From Octopus sinensis (taxonomy: Eukaryota), in assembly GCF_006345805.1 (NCBI RefSeq), contig NW_021825213.1:1-16257 (forward strand): a stretch of DNA of 16,257 nt, given 5' to 3'. The notes beneath the pieces were generated by a model. It did not search any database, was not told the origin of the DNA, and worked only from the letters and a program-made list of their open reading frames with translations. Below, one piece after another: positions 1 through 9,699 of this stretch. The stretch's first letter is position 1. Each line of letters begins with the position of its first letter. The position numbers and the translations under genes were made by a program.

Positions 1-609
1 AGATAGAACTAACCTTATAGAAACAAAAGGCAGTTTCAAACACAATGCACAAACACTACACAACAGAAATAAAACTCGATATCAAACAGCTAGAGAAAAT
101 ATCACAGAAAATGAACCATAAGGCAAACAGTAAACCAGTAATTATTTGTATTCAACATGAACCACAAAATAAACAGAAAAAACGCCACATTTGGTGCATA
201 AACAGTATCGAAAACAACCACTGCCACATCACACCTCATATCACATTTACAGCTTCAAAGAACTTCCCTGCAGACCAACAGCAAATGAATGTACTATTTA
301 AACTTTTTGAAAATATCATTTGCATTACACACACGAAATGGGCAAGAATACAAAACGTAAAATATGCATCTTCCAACCCGATTGCAATTTCAAACACTTT
401 GGACCACAAGAAAATCTTAAAACTCACTCAATATTCTTTAATTCAGATAAAATTATAAGCATACGCCTAAACTACTTAGTAAAACTACTATTTAATACTC
501 TGGAATCTGGACTCTGGACAAACTCAAGATAATTCTAAAGCCCAACAAAATCGAATGAAGCAATATCACACAGACCTATCAAAATATTTAATACTCATTT
601 TCATAACAC

Positions 610-611
<2 letters not shown>

Positions 612-645
<34 letters not shown>

Positions 646-647
646 AT
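612..647. repeat. (CA)n microsatellite
   Basis: Direct: an AC run at 612-640, ending in tacacat. Confidence 0.95.
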
Positions 648-660
648 ATTTCTCCTTCAC

Positions 661-956
661 AACCGGGTGGGGGGAGGTTAAGACCTATAGGAGCCCTAAG
701 CACTTAAAAGATTTTGGTGCTCCCGTATATATGTAATTCAATATATAAATGATAATAAACCATGAAATATTTTTTTATTTTTAAAATGAAACAAAACTAA
801 TAGTAAAGCGGAAAATAACGTTTATTTTTGTATGCTTCCGCTTTATTTAAAGTGATTTCTTTTGTGCCGTAAACCTTTTTACATTTCTATGATGCTTCAT
901 TTTCCCTTGATGCCCTAAATACGTGCTTATTTTGCTTAATGGTTAATTCAGCACTG
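661..956. mobile_element. Possible degenerate non-autonomous DNA transposon (hAT-like MITE)
   Basis: The right end reads gccctaaatacgtgcttattttgcttaatggttaattcagcactg (reverse complement CAGTGCTGAATTAACC, a CAG-start TIR style). The left part has ttaagacctataggagccctaagcac. The left TIR is eroded and no TSD was found. Family assignment is from recall. Confidence 0.35.
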
Positions 957-1025
957 CTAGCAATAAATTAATTCCAACCAATACACTCAATACCTCTACT
1001 CATGAACTTCCCATATAGTTGATAT

Positions 1026-1204
1026 ATTGGCTTCAAATTTTGGCACACGGCCAGGTAGTTCGATTATATCGATCCCAGTGCTCAAGTGGTACTTATTTCC
1101 TCGATACCAAAAGGAGGCGGAATCTGAACTCAGAACATCAAGACGTAGGAAATGCCGCTAAGCATTTTGTCCGGAGTGCTAACGATTCTGTCAGCTCACC
1201 GCCT
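1026..1204 (-). mobile_element. tRNA-derived SINE, family A (Meta-domain-like), with internal deletions
   Basis: The minus strand starts aggcggtgagctgacagaatcgttagc (A-box-like) and has gagttcagattcc (B-box-like). It is homologous to 8253-8419 (shared ...ggtacttattt..tcgat.cc..aagg) but lacks that copy's atgaaaggcaaagtcgacctc segment. Confidence 0.8.
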
Positions 1205-1228
1205 GACATATATGATATATTGCCACTT

Positions 1229-1400
1229 CAGTGATTAGGGCAGCGGACTCGCGGTTGTAAGAACGCGGTTTCGCTTCCCAGACTGGGCATTGTGAGTGTT
1301 TATTGAGCAAAAGCACCTAAGCTCTACGAGGCTCCAGTGGGGATAGTGGTGAACCCCGCTGTACTCTTTCACCACAACTTTCTCTCACTCTTGCTTCCTA
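1229..1400 (+). mobile_element. tRNA-derived SINE 5' portion, family C
   Basis: tRNA-like head cagtgattagggcagcggactcgc...ggtttcgcttcccag (degenerate A and B boxes), followed by a body I recall as a cephalopod SINE. Confidence 0.6.
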
Positions 1401-1694
1401 CCTGCCACAAAGCAGAGGAACCATTGTGTAACCCACTATAGTGTGGTAAACTTTCAGACCCTAGTCTAGATTGCAAATCCTCTGTACCCCAGGATGGTTC
1501 AGCTCTCCACCCATTAATTAAAAAGCCATCGTTTACGGAATGAGGATAACAAGGTAGCTTTCGCGCCCGTGCAATCGCCAGTCTATCACGTGTGGTGGGT
1601 GGATCTTGAAGTTGCCACATGCATTCTTAGTAGCTTAGAGTTGACTCGAATTAGAGTGATTATTCTTTGTGGCTAATGGCGTGAGTCCTGATTG

Positions 1695-1803
1695 GAAGAA
1701 GAAGAAGAAGAAGAAGAAGAAGAAGAAGAAGAAGAAGAAGAAGAAGAAGAAGAAGAAGAAGAAGAACAACAACAACAACAACACAACAACAACAACAACA
1801 ACA
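1695..1803 (+). repeat. Compound (GAA)24-(CAA)n microsatellite
   Basis: Direct: perfect GAA at 1695-1766, then CAA to about 1803 with one interruption. Confidence 0.95.
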
Positions 1804-2190
1804 GAAATCCACAAACACAGTTTTAACTACCAATGAAATCAGCCACAGTTTCTTCATCTACTCCAATCAACATATCACAAAACACACACACAAGTTCCTA
1901 AAGAAACACTACAAAACTGGTGAACGAAAACTATATAGTGAACAAACATATTCTGAAATTGAAACTCCTACTTTCTCTACTTTCTTTATGTGCAGAGGTA
2001 TAGATACAAATAACAGTTGTCATCCATTCTCTTCCATTAAGTTTTGAATAAATTATAAGAATTTTTTTTTAAGTAGTTGATAGATCGAAGACATAAACAG
2101 AGAAACGCGGGCTTCACAAACATCCAGAATCAGTGACATAAACTGACAGACAGGCAGTAAAAAAAAAACAATAAACCAATGAATAAATTG

Positions 2191-2349
2191 ACATACACAC
2201 ACACACGCATGTATGTGCATACACACACATATATATATGTATATATATATATATGTATGTATATGTATGTATGTATATATATATGTTTGTATATATATAT
2301 ATATATATATATATAATTATTATATATGATATATATATATATGTATATG

Positions 2350-2401
<52 letters not shown>

Positions 2402-2482
2402 CTTATATATATAATATATTATATATCTTATAATATATATATTATATATATATATATGTATATATATATGTATATATATATG

Positions 2483-2514
<32 letters not shown>

Positions 2515-2536
2515 TATATCTATATATATATATATA

Positions 2537-2580
<44 letters not shown>

Positions 2581-2610
2581 TATATATATATACATATATA
2601 GATATTATAC
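2191..2610. repeat. Compound (CA)/(TA)/(TATG) microsatellite
   Basis: Direct: about 420 bp of near-pure AT dinucleotide with interruptions. It is the source of the IYIY ORFs. Confidence 0.95.
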
Positions 2611-3157
2611 GCATGAATATATACAAAAAAACACACAATATTAGATGATTATGATTATTTGGTTGTTTTATTTATTTTACTTGTTTATTTATTTATATAT
2701 TTATTTATTCAACGCAATTTTGTTTCTTCTTTTATATTTCTTAAACATTTGCTGAAATGTTCAGCTTCATATTTTCACATCCATGAATAAATCTCAAGAA
2801 AATCTGTCAGTGACAGAAACTGATGTCTTGATAGGTTTATTAATATTTCATTATCTGACGCGGAGCAACTGCTTCGCACAGAAACACTGTTTGACGCACC
2901 CATTGCCACTCAATCCCGCACCGCAATCAAGCCAACGTAGTACCGCAACAAATTCATTCTCTCAACAAAATATCCCTTGAATCACATCCAATCGTCACTT
3001 AAGATACTGTAGCATATGATACAACTTAAATAGACGGAATTATCACACCTAAAAGCTTTCCATCAATCAGGACCGTTTCTTTATAAACTCCAGTATACAT
3101 CCCTAAATCGTAGTGACTTGGGCAATGACGTTTTAATCTTGTTCATCCCATCTTTGT

Positions 3158-3209
3158 GTCTCCGATGAAGGGATATTATTAATAAATATCCTTGAAACAG
3201 CTGTAAGAC
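3158..3209 (+). ncRNA. Type I hammerhead ribozyme motif (CCGAUGA core variant) with palindromic stem III
   Basis: Stem I gtct(3158-61)/agac(3206-09); core CCGATGA 3162-68; 9-bp stem II agggatatt/aatatcctt with one G-U; GAAA 3194-97; stem III is the palindrome ACAGCTGT 3197-3204; cleavage triplet GUA, cut after A3205. Confidence 0.75.
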
Positions 3210-3544
3210 CTTCTATCTATAAATGCTCTAATATCTATACCGCCTTGGGTTTTTTTATCTTATTACGCAAAAAATCTAATATATTCTTCTTTATTTATGA
3301 TTATAGGGAGTGATTCCAGTGAGACTTAACTCCTATTTCTAGTAGAGCTGTCTTGCGACTATTCAAAAGTACTCTCATTAGCTTCTTGCAATTTCACACA
3401 TTCCGTCGTGTGATTTCTTATTTCTTGTAAATGAATTTATTCCTCCATTTTTGCCATTCTTTCACAGGTTTCAGTTAATGGATTACTAAATGCAGCCATT
3501 GTTTTTAATCTATCATAGTAACAGCAATAATTTTTCTGCAACAT

Positions 3545-3965
3545 AGGCGTAGGAGTGGCTGTGTGGTAAGTAGCTTGCTTACCAACCACATGGTTCCGGG
3601 TTCAGTCCCACTGCGTGGCACCTTGGGCAAGTGTCTTCTACTGTAGCCTCGGGCCGACCAAAGCCTTGTGAGTGGATTTGGTAGACAGAAACTAAAAGAA
3701 GCTCGTCGTATATATGTATACATATATGTATGTGTATGTGTATATATTTGTGTCTGTATTTGTGTCCCCCCCCCATCAACATCGCTTGATAACCGATACG
3801 GGTGTGTTTACGTCCCCGTAACATAGCGGTTTGGCAAAAGAGAACGATAGAATAAGTACTAGGCTTACAAAGACTAAGTCCTGGGGTCGATTTGCTCGAC
3901 CAAAGGTGATGCTCCAGCATGGCCGGAGTCAAATGACTGAAACAAGTAAAAGAGTAAAAGAGTAA
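3545..3965 (+). mobile_element. Full-length tRNA-derived SINE, family B (CORE-like central region), with internal microsatellite
   Basis: A-box-like gtggctgtgtggtaag, B-box-like gggttcagtcc, CORE-like caccttgggcaagtg, internal (TA/TG)n and an (agtaaaag)n tail. Possible 6-bp TSD aacata at 3540-45 and 3964-69. Homologues occur at 10847, 13713 and 13926. Confidence 0.9.
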
Positions 3966-4012
3966 CATATTTCCTCGATTACGTAAGGGATCAAATAGCA
4001 AAAAGCAGACGT

Positions 4013-4048
4013 GTTTGTGTGTGTGTGTATGTGTGTGTGTGTGTGTGT
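4013..4048. repeat. (GT)n microsatellite
   Basis: Direct from the sequence. Confidence 0.9.
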
Positions 4049-4394
4049 GAATTTTAGTTGACCAGTTGTGATCCTGCAATAAAGTGATGAATTTATTAGA
4101 ATATCTGATTGGCTCCTGATTAAAGTAATTCCAGTTATTTAAAATGTGCTTCTCGTTTTCTCATTAAAACGTCAGCTGGTATTGGCCGAACTCGATTACT
4201 TTGTTTCACATATTTAAGATAGTTCTGGTTGTTTTAATTCAATTTTCTTTGCTTGTGAGTTATAACATGAATGAGAGCTTACTTAGAAGATTTAATAAAA
4301 GTAGTACAAGTAGCCATAATGAATTAGGATCGTAGACTCGTTGTACAGAAGACAAGATACATGCGTGCATACATTACACACACACATTCACACA

Positions 4395-4471
4395 TGCATA
4401 CATATACATACATGGAAACATGCATATATACATACATACATACATACTACATACATGCATACATACATACA

Positions 4472-4505
<34 letters not shown>

Positions 4506-4760
4506 CATACATACATACATACGGGCATACATACATACATACATACATACATACATACATACATACATACATACGTGCATACATACATACATACATACAT
4601 ACATACACACATACATAAATACATACATACATGCATGCATGCATTCATACATACATTCATACATACATACATACATACATACATACATACATACATACAT
4701 ACATACATACATACATACATACATACATACATACATACATACTTACATACATATGTATAT
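4395..4760. repeat. (TACA)n tetranucleotide microsatellite
   Basis: Direct: about 360 bp of ACAT units with scattered variants. It is the source of the HTYI/MYVC ORFs. Confidence 0.95.
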
Positions 4761-4894
4761 ATAACGTATATACTAGTGTGTAGCGTAACATCTTTGGCAA
4801 AAGTTTCCTATAGCTTCGTGTTGCTTGTCAGTAAAATTAGGTGGACTGAATCTCTACAGAATCCTGTCGAGTTAATTGCACTTATAATTCAAGA

Positions 4895-5056
4895 AGTACA
4901 GTCTCGTCACACCTTATATTGCGAGGATTTTGCCTAATAATGACGTTAAGGAAGCACATTCCTGTGAAAAGCTCAGTCGTGTATACTTTAGTTCAAGAGT
5001 AAGTAATTCAATTGATCAAACAACCGAATCCTCATCGTCGAGCAGCGAGGAGCCAT
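4895..5056 (+). mobile_element. Old diverged SINE 3' fragment (probably the family C tail)
   Basis: acgttaaggaagcacattcctgtg...gctcag...ttgatcaaacaaccgaatcctcatcgtcg resembles the 3' part of a cephalopod SINE as I recall it. There is no in-window homologue. Confidence 0.4.
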
Positions 5057-5223
5057 CACCATAGACGATCGATGCCAATGAGTCTGGACAGGACAATTTT
5101 AGTTCAGCTAAACGAAATATTTAATGACTGAGAATGCACAAGTAGCATGTGCTATACAACAAGTAGCATTTGCTATGGCTAAGTGTGTGGGTGGGGGTGT
5201 TATTTTGCATATAGTGAAAGTAA

Positions 5224-5750
5224 AAATTCCTCGTACCACTGATATGCAAATATTCCCCATAACACGACCACCACAAGATTTTTCAGCAAAAATTGCGTGT
5301 ATGACAGCTATAGCTGCTTGGATAATACAGACTTTCAAATTTTCCACCATAATGCTTTACAATACATGAAGTAGTCCGACACCATTAATTTAAGTGTAGA
5401 ATCATCCTCACTTTATGGAAAATTCCTATCGAATGCGCTTTGTAACAGAAGATGGGAAGTACAGAGAACGCCTGAAGACCCGGTGTTCACAGGTAATCAT
5501 TTCTTTAGATCCAGAGGCATAATCAATTCAACAGCTTTCTCCCAATGTATCTGGAAACTCAAACGTAGAAGACACTATAATATTTGAATAAACAGAAGTA
5601 TTCATGAAACATTATATTATATGTAAAGTTAGCTGCCACTGTAATCTAAGCATTACGAAAGGGTACCAAATTTGAATAGCAACAAATAATGGCATAATTA
5701 GAATGAGTGAAGCATTTCCTACGAGTTCCCTGAGAAAAACAGTTGTGATA
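5224..5750 (+). pseudogene. Decayed Penelope-like retroelement ORF C-terminus (linker + GIY-YIG endonuclease region)
   Basis: Manual translation across frameshifts and stops gives colinear PLE motifs: KFL..LI.KY.P (from 5224), HKIF, SYSCLDN (5306-26), SSLYGKFL (eroded CPLxGxCL), KTR/FTG (5475-94), NSTAFSQCIWKLK (5525-63), CNLSITK (5640-60) and RMSEAFPT (5700-23). The GIY and YIG motifs themselves are eroded. Confidence 0.75.
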
Positions 5751-6048
5751 CTACTTTATCAAAATTTTATCAAATGTTGATATAATTCCTAAAATAATCT
5801 CTCCTTTCTTCAAGTATCTATCGCATAAGACCAAACAGTAGTCTCCCTAATCACCAACTCCCAAGTGACGTATATCCGGATAAATAAACATTACCCCAGG
5901 AAATCTGATATGGTCAATTTATGTAAATAACAGCATTTTTCACTCTTATCAAACCCTACACATACAGACACCAATAAAAAGTGAACACTGACGTGCCAAC
6001 GAAAGAACATCTACGCGGCTAAAAGTGCAGTTTTGTTTCACTCATATC

Positions 6049-6385
6049 ACATGGCTCAGTGATCAGAGCGTCAAATCCAAAATCATGAGATACTGAGTTC
6101 AATTCCAGGACCAGGCTGTGTGTTATGTTCTTCAGCAAGACACTTTATTTCACGTTGCTCGAGTTCACTCAGCTGTAGAAATGAGTTACAGCGTTATTGG
6201 TGCCAAGCTGTATCGGCCTTTGCTTTTCCTTTGGGTAACATCAGTAGCATGAAGAGAAGAGGCTGGTAAGCAAGGGTGACTGCTGGTCTTCCATAAACAA
6301 CCTTGCCCCGATTTGCGCCTCGGAAAGGAACTTTCTATGTGCAGTCCCACGGTCATTAATGACCGAAGGAGATTTTTTCACCCTT
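6049..6385 (+). mobile_element. Near full-length tRNA-derived SINE, family D (CORE-like)
   Basis: A box tggctcagtga (from 6052), B box gagttcaattcc (6095-6106), CORE-like tcagcaagacacttta...ctcagctgtagaaatgag, and a tail ending gaccgaaggagattt. Confidence 0.8.
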
Positions 6386-6429
6386 TATTACACCTTACAC
6401 TCTTAAAAGATAAAGTGATGAGAAAAGGA

Positions 6430-6590
6430 AGGCAAAATCTTCCTCAAATCTTAATCTGCTATCTTTAACAAGAAAGAACATATTGGTTATTGTAGTTCTG
6501 GAGAAAATATATATATCAAGCAAGATCTGATGGTCATGGGTGGGATGCCTTTACTATGTCTGTTCGATAAGAGTAGACAAGTGGATAAAG
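6430..6590 (+). mobile_element. Degenerate interspersed-repeat fragment
   Basis: aaatcttcctcaaatc...gatggtcatgg...atgccttt resembles a recalled cephalopod repeat tail. A weakly related fragment may occur near 16098-16135 (aagaaatagcagccgaatct). Confidence 0.3.
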
Positions 6591-7325
6591 TACAGAAGAG
6601 AATATCAACAACAACAAAAATTAGTAACTAGGCTACAGTGAAACTAAATTCATGTGGATATAAAGTGAGTATTTATTATGGAACAAGAATAGCCACAATA
6701 GCGACAACAGCAGAAGTAACAGCAGCAGCTGTAACAGCTGTAAATGTAACACGGCAGTTGATGCAGGAATATAGAATCACATTCAGTAGTAATTTGTTTT
6801 TTGTCGTTTTCTTTCCTTAGTTTCAGTAATTTATTTTCTGTTTTCCTAACATTATATCTCTGTTATTTTTCCCTACCTACATACATTTTCTTTTAGCGTT
6901 TTCGTTTCTCAATGATATTTTTTAGTCTTATCTGTCGTCTTCTATCACACCATTTCTTTCTTTTACTTTCCACTTGCATTTTTTTTTTATATATTCTAGA
7001 CTACCTACTCAAATTTTTATCCAATTTTTTTCCCCCGTTTTCATATTTTCTACCACTTACAAAATTTCACTATTTAGTTTGGAGGGGTTTTTTTTCGTTT
7101 TGCGTTTCTTTTTCTGTCACCTCATTCTTTATCATTTTCCATCATTATTTTTTAAATTATATTTTTATAAACCACCCTTTAATCTTTCATATTTTTTACT
7201 TAATTTTCAATATTACAAATATATTTATATTCGTATTTATACTTATATTTACATTTTACTAGCTTTCATAATGTCTTCATTTTTTTTCTCTTTAATTCCA
7301 CTATCTGATTGTGTCCATTCCTTCT

Positions 7326-7327
<2 letters not shown>

Positions 7328-7369
<42 letters not shown>
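7328..7369. repeat. (CT)n microsatellite within a pyrimidine-rich low-complexity tract (about 6800-7680)
   Basis: Direct from the sequence. Confidence 0.95.
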
Positions 7370-7376
<7 letters not shown>

Positions 7377-7699
7377 GACGCTAACCATTTAGGATTACTT
7401 TATTGTTGTTGGCATTTTTTTCTTCTATTGAACGTCATCTCATCCTATTTCTCATACTCTTTTACTTTCTTCTACATTTATAAATTTCTAACTTATTCTC
7501 AATTTCACTCATCTTTTCACATATTTTCTTCCATTTCTTAAGTATTCTTCCTCTACTTTCTTCACTCACCAAATTTTCATCAATGCTGTTCTCCCCTTTT
7601 CTTTATCTTCATTTTTAATCTGATGCAATTTCTAGAATTTCCGTCACTATTTCTTAATAATTTCTATATATACATTCTAAAATAAGTTTCAGTTATGTT

Positions 7700-7755
7700 T
7701 TCTACCATATTCTATCATTCTACCATATTCTACCATATTCTACCATATTCTATCA
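7700..7755 (+). repeat. 10-bp minisatellite (TTCTACCATA)n, about 5 copies
   Basis: Direct, with one shortened variant unit. Confidence 0.85.
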
Positions 7756-8071
7756 ATTGTATGTCATTATATTATATTTTTTTAATGTAAATACTTCATG
7801 AACCGGAACGAGTAAGACTTTCTAAATTAGCTTATTTTCTTTGGATAAATGAGTTTATAATTTTTCCTTTTGATGGAAAAATATACTTGTGTTAAGTCTT
7901 TCACAAATATAAGCCTTAAAGATGTTCGAACGCTGCACAGCAGTGTAACACATTTTTGACTAGGAACAGGTAGAAATATACAGTTGTAAAACAAATTCAA
8001 TGTTTTATAGAAAAATAATAAGTATTAAACATATAACTTGTGATCAGTTCTTTAAAAAAATCAAACCGCTT

Positions 8072-8185
8072 GTTTGTTAAGTCTACATGTCAACGAGCTT
8101 TTTCTTCCATCAAACCAGTTAAAGATCATAGACTTCACAGTACTTCTCGAAGTGGGGATGATAAAATCACTGAGAAAATTTAGTC
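8072..8185 (+). pseudogene. Possible hAT transposase C-terminal dimerisation-domain relic
   Basis: One frame reads LFVKSTCQRAFSSIKPVKDHRLHSTS, resembling the hAT 'CERxFSxxKxxKxxxRS' motif. The match is short and has no supporting flanks. Confidence 0.35.
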
Positions 8186-8252
8186 ATTAAGCTAATGTAT
8201 CTTCCTTAGCACATAAGCATTGAAAATTTTTCATGTTAACTACATCAAATAT

Positions 8253-8461
8253 ATTGGTTTTAAATTATGGCACAACGCCAGCAATTTCATGGGAAGGAGA
8301 AAGTCAATTATATCGACCTCAGTACTCAACTGGTACTTATTTTATCGATCCCGAAAGGATGAAAGGCAAAGTCGACCTCGGTGGCATTTGAACACAAAAC
8401 ATTAAATCGGACGAAATACATATTTCTTTACTACCCACAAGGGACTAAACACAGAGAGGAC
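8253..8461 (-). mobile_element. SINE family A, 5'-truncated (8253-8419), plus the terminal fragment of a related repeat (8420-8461)
   Basis: Contains gtcaattatatcgacctcagtactcaactggtacttattttatcgatcccgaaaggatgaaaggcaaagtcgacctcgg and is homologous to 1026-1204. It is cut off at 8462 by the HHR repeat element. Confidence 0.8.
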
Positions 8462-8930
8462 AATAACTTATAAAATAAGGACAAAATAAAAATTCTAATG
8501 CCAAATATGCCGAAAAAAGACAAATTGTCGATAACCATTATAATTTATGCGTCTCGAAACAAGCCGATAGAAATTTCTAAAAAATTCCGTCATTACCGTA
8601 TTGGTCCCAATTTCAGAGAAAATTCATAAGAATTTTCCCCTCCTTATTTTATAAGTTATTTATAAATTTAACCTTTAAAGGTATTTTTTAATATGCTGGC
8701 CATTGATAAAAAATTTTTTCGAAAACATTTATCCTACATTAGATGTAAATTTAATAGTGTTCACTTCCGGACTCTCTCACTCTGAAAGTTTCTAGTTCAA
8801 ATCACACGTGTCTCGAGATGTGCAGAAGATTTTCTATTTTGGATATATTTGGGGTACATAGGTCTACTCAGGACTTAGTGCTTGCTTTTTCCATGGGTAT
8901 TAGTAAGTATTTCATTTATGTCTTACGTAT

Positions 8931-8991
8931 TTATCGCTGACGAGCGGGAAATTCTTATGAATTAACCCCGAAATTGGGACCAATACGGTAA
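8931..8991 (+). ncRNA. Type I hammerhead ribozyme, unit 1
   Basis: Stem I ttatcg/cggtaa; core CTGACGA 8937-43; stem II gcgg..aattc-ttat-gaatt..cccc; GAAA 8970-73; stem III A-ttgg-ga-ccaa-T; cut after A8985. Confidence 0.85.
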
Positions 8992-9399
8992 TAACGGAAT
9001 TTCTTAGAAATTTCTATCGGCTTGTTTTGAGACGCATAAATTATAATGGTTATTGACAATATTGTCTTTTTGTTTTTTTGGCATATTTGGCATTAGAATT
9101 TTTCTTTTGCCCTTATTTTATAAGTTATTTATAAATTTAACCTTTAAAGGTATTTTTTAATATGCTGGCCATTGATAAAAAATTTTTTCGAAAACATTTA
9201 TCCTACATTAGATGTAAATTTAATAGTGTTCACTTCCGGACTCTCTCACTCTGAAAGTTTCTAGTTCGAATCACACGTGTCTCGAGATGTGCTGAAGATT
9301 TTCTATTTTGGATATATTTGGGGTACTTAGGTCTGCTCAGGACTTAGTGCTTGCGTTTTCCATGAGTATGAGTAAGTATTTCATTTATGCCTTACGTAT

Positions 9400-9460
9400 T
9401 TATCGCTGAAGAGGGGGAAATTCTTATGAATTAACTCTGAAATTGGGACCAATACGGTAA
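9400..9460 (+). ncRNA. Type I hammerhead ribozyme, unit 2
   Basis: Stem I ttatcg/cggtaa; core CTGAAGA 9406-12; stem II gggg/ctct (two G-U) plus aattc/gaatt; GAAA 9439-42; same stem III as unit 1; cut after A9454. Confidence 0.85.
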
Positions 9461-9699
9461 TAACGGAATTTCTTAGAAATTTCTATCGGCTTGTTTCGAG
9501 ACGCATTAATTATAATGGTTATCGACAATTTGTCTTTTTTCGGCATATTTGGCATTAGAATTTTTCTTTTGCCCTTATTTTATAAGTTATATATATATAT
9601 ATATATATATATACGCGCTGACATACATACAAACACATGTACATATATACATACACTCTCACGCACACACACGCATTCCCACACCCTCATACGTACACA

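Larger units (their letters stand above)
8462..9590 (+). mobile_element. Hammerhead-containing tandem element (non-LTR retrozyme / PLE pseudo-LTR-like): inverted partial copy + 2 tandem units
   Basis: The anchor ccttatttta recurs at 8642, 9111 and 9573 (periods 469 and 462). 8462-8642 is the reverse complement of about 9411-9590. Each unit contains one HHR. The array ends in (TA)n. Confidence 0.85.

Noticed and set aside
45-532. 137-aa ORF and overlapping ORFs at the window start
   Set aside because: A/C-rich with no motif I can recognise. It may be an eroded retroelement ORF but cannot be supported without blastx.
3440-3520. Strong acceptor ttctttcacag|G
   Set aside because: The downstream frames close quickly or lack a donor, and isolated acceptors are common in AT-rich DNA.
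5108-5369. Hydrophobic 80-aa minus-strand ORF (transporter-like) and 81-aa plus-strand ORF
   Set aside because: They are better explained as antisense and off-frame readings of the PLE relic. The minus frame has stops immediately upstream.
5405-5425. SLYGKF resembling DNA polymerase B motif III
   Set aside because: There is no KxxxN before it, and it sits where the PLE CPLxGxCL motif is expected.
5980-6015. ctgacgtgccaacgaaag downstream of the PLE relic as its HHR
   Set aside because: A9 is missing and no pairing for stems I-III can be found.
6049-6110. tRNA genes at SINE heads (also 1229, 3545, 13926, 15084-15147)
   Set aside because: Only A/B-box-like remnants are present, with no complete cloverleaf, and each continues into a SINE body.
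7790-7825. cttcatgaaccgg...gagtaagac as an eroded hammerhead
   Set aside because: Too many core mismatches and no stem II.
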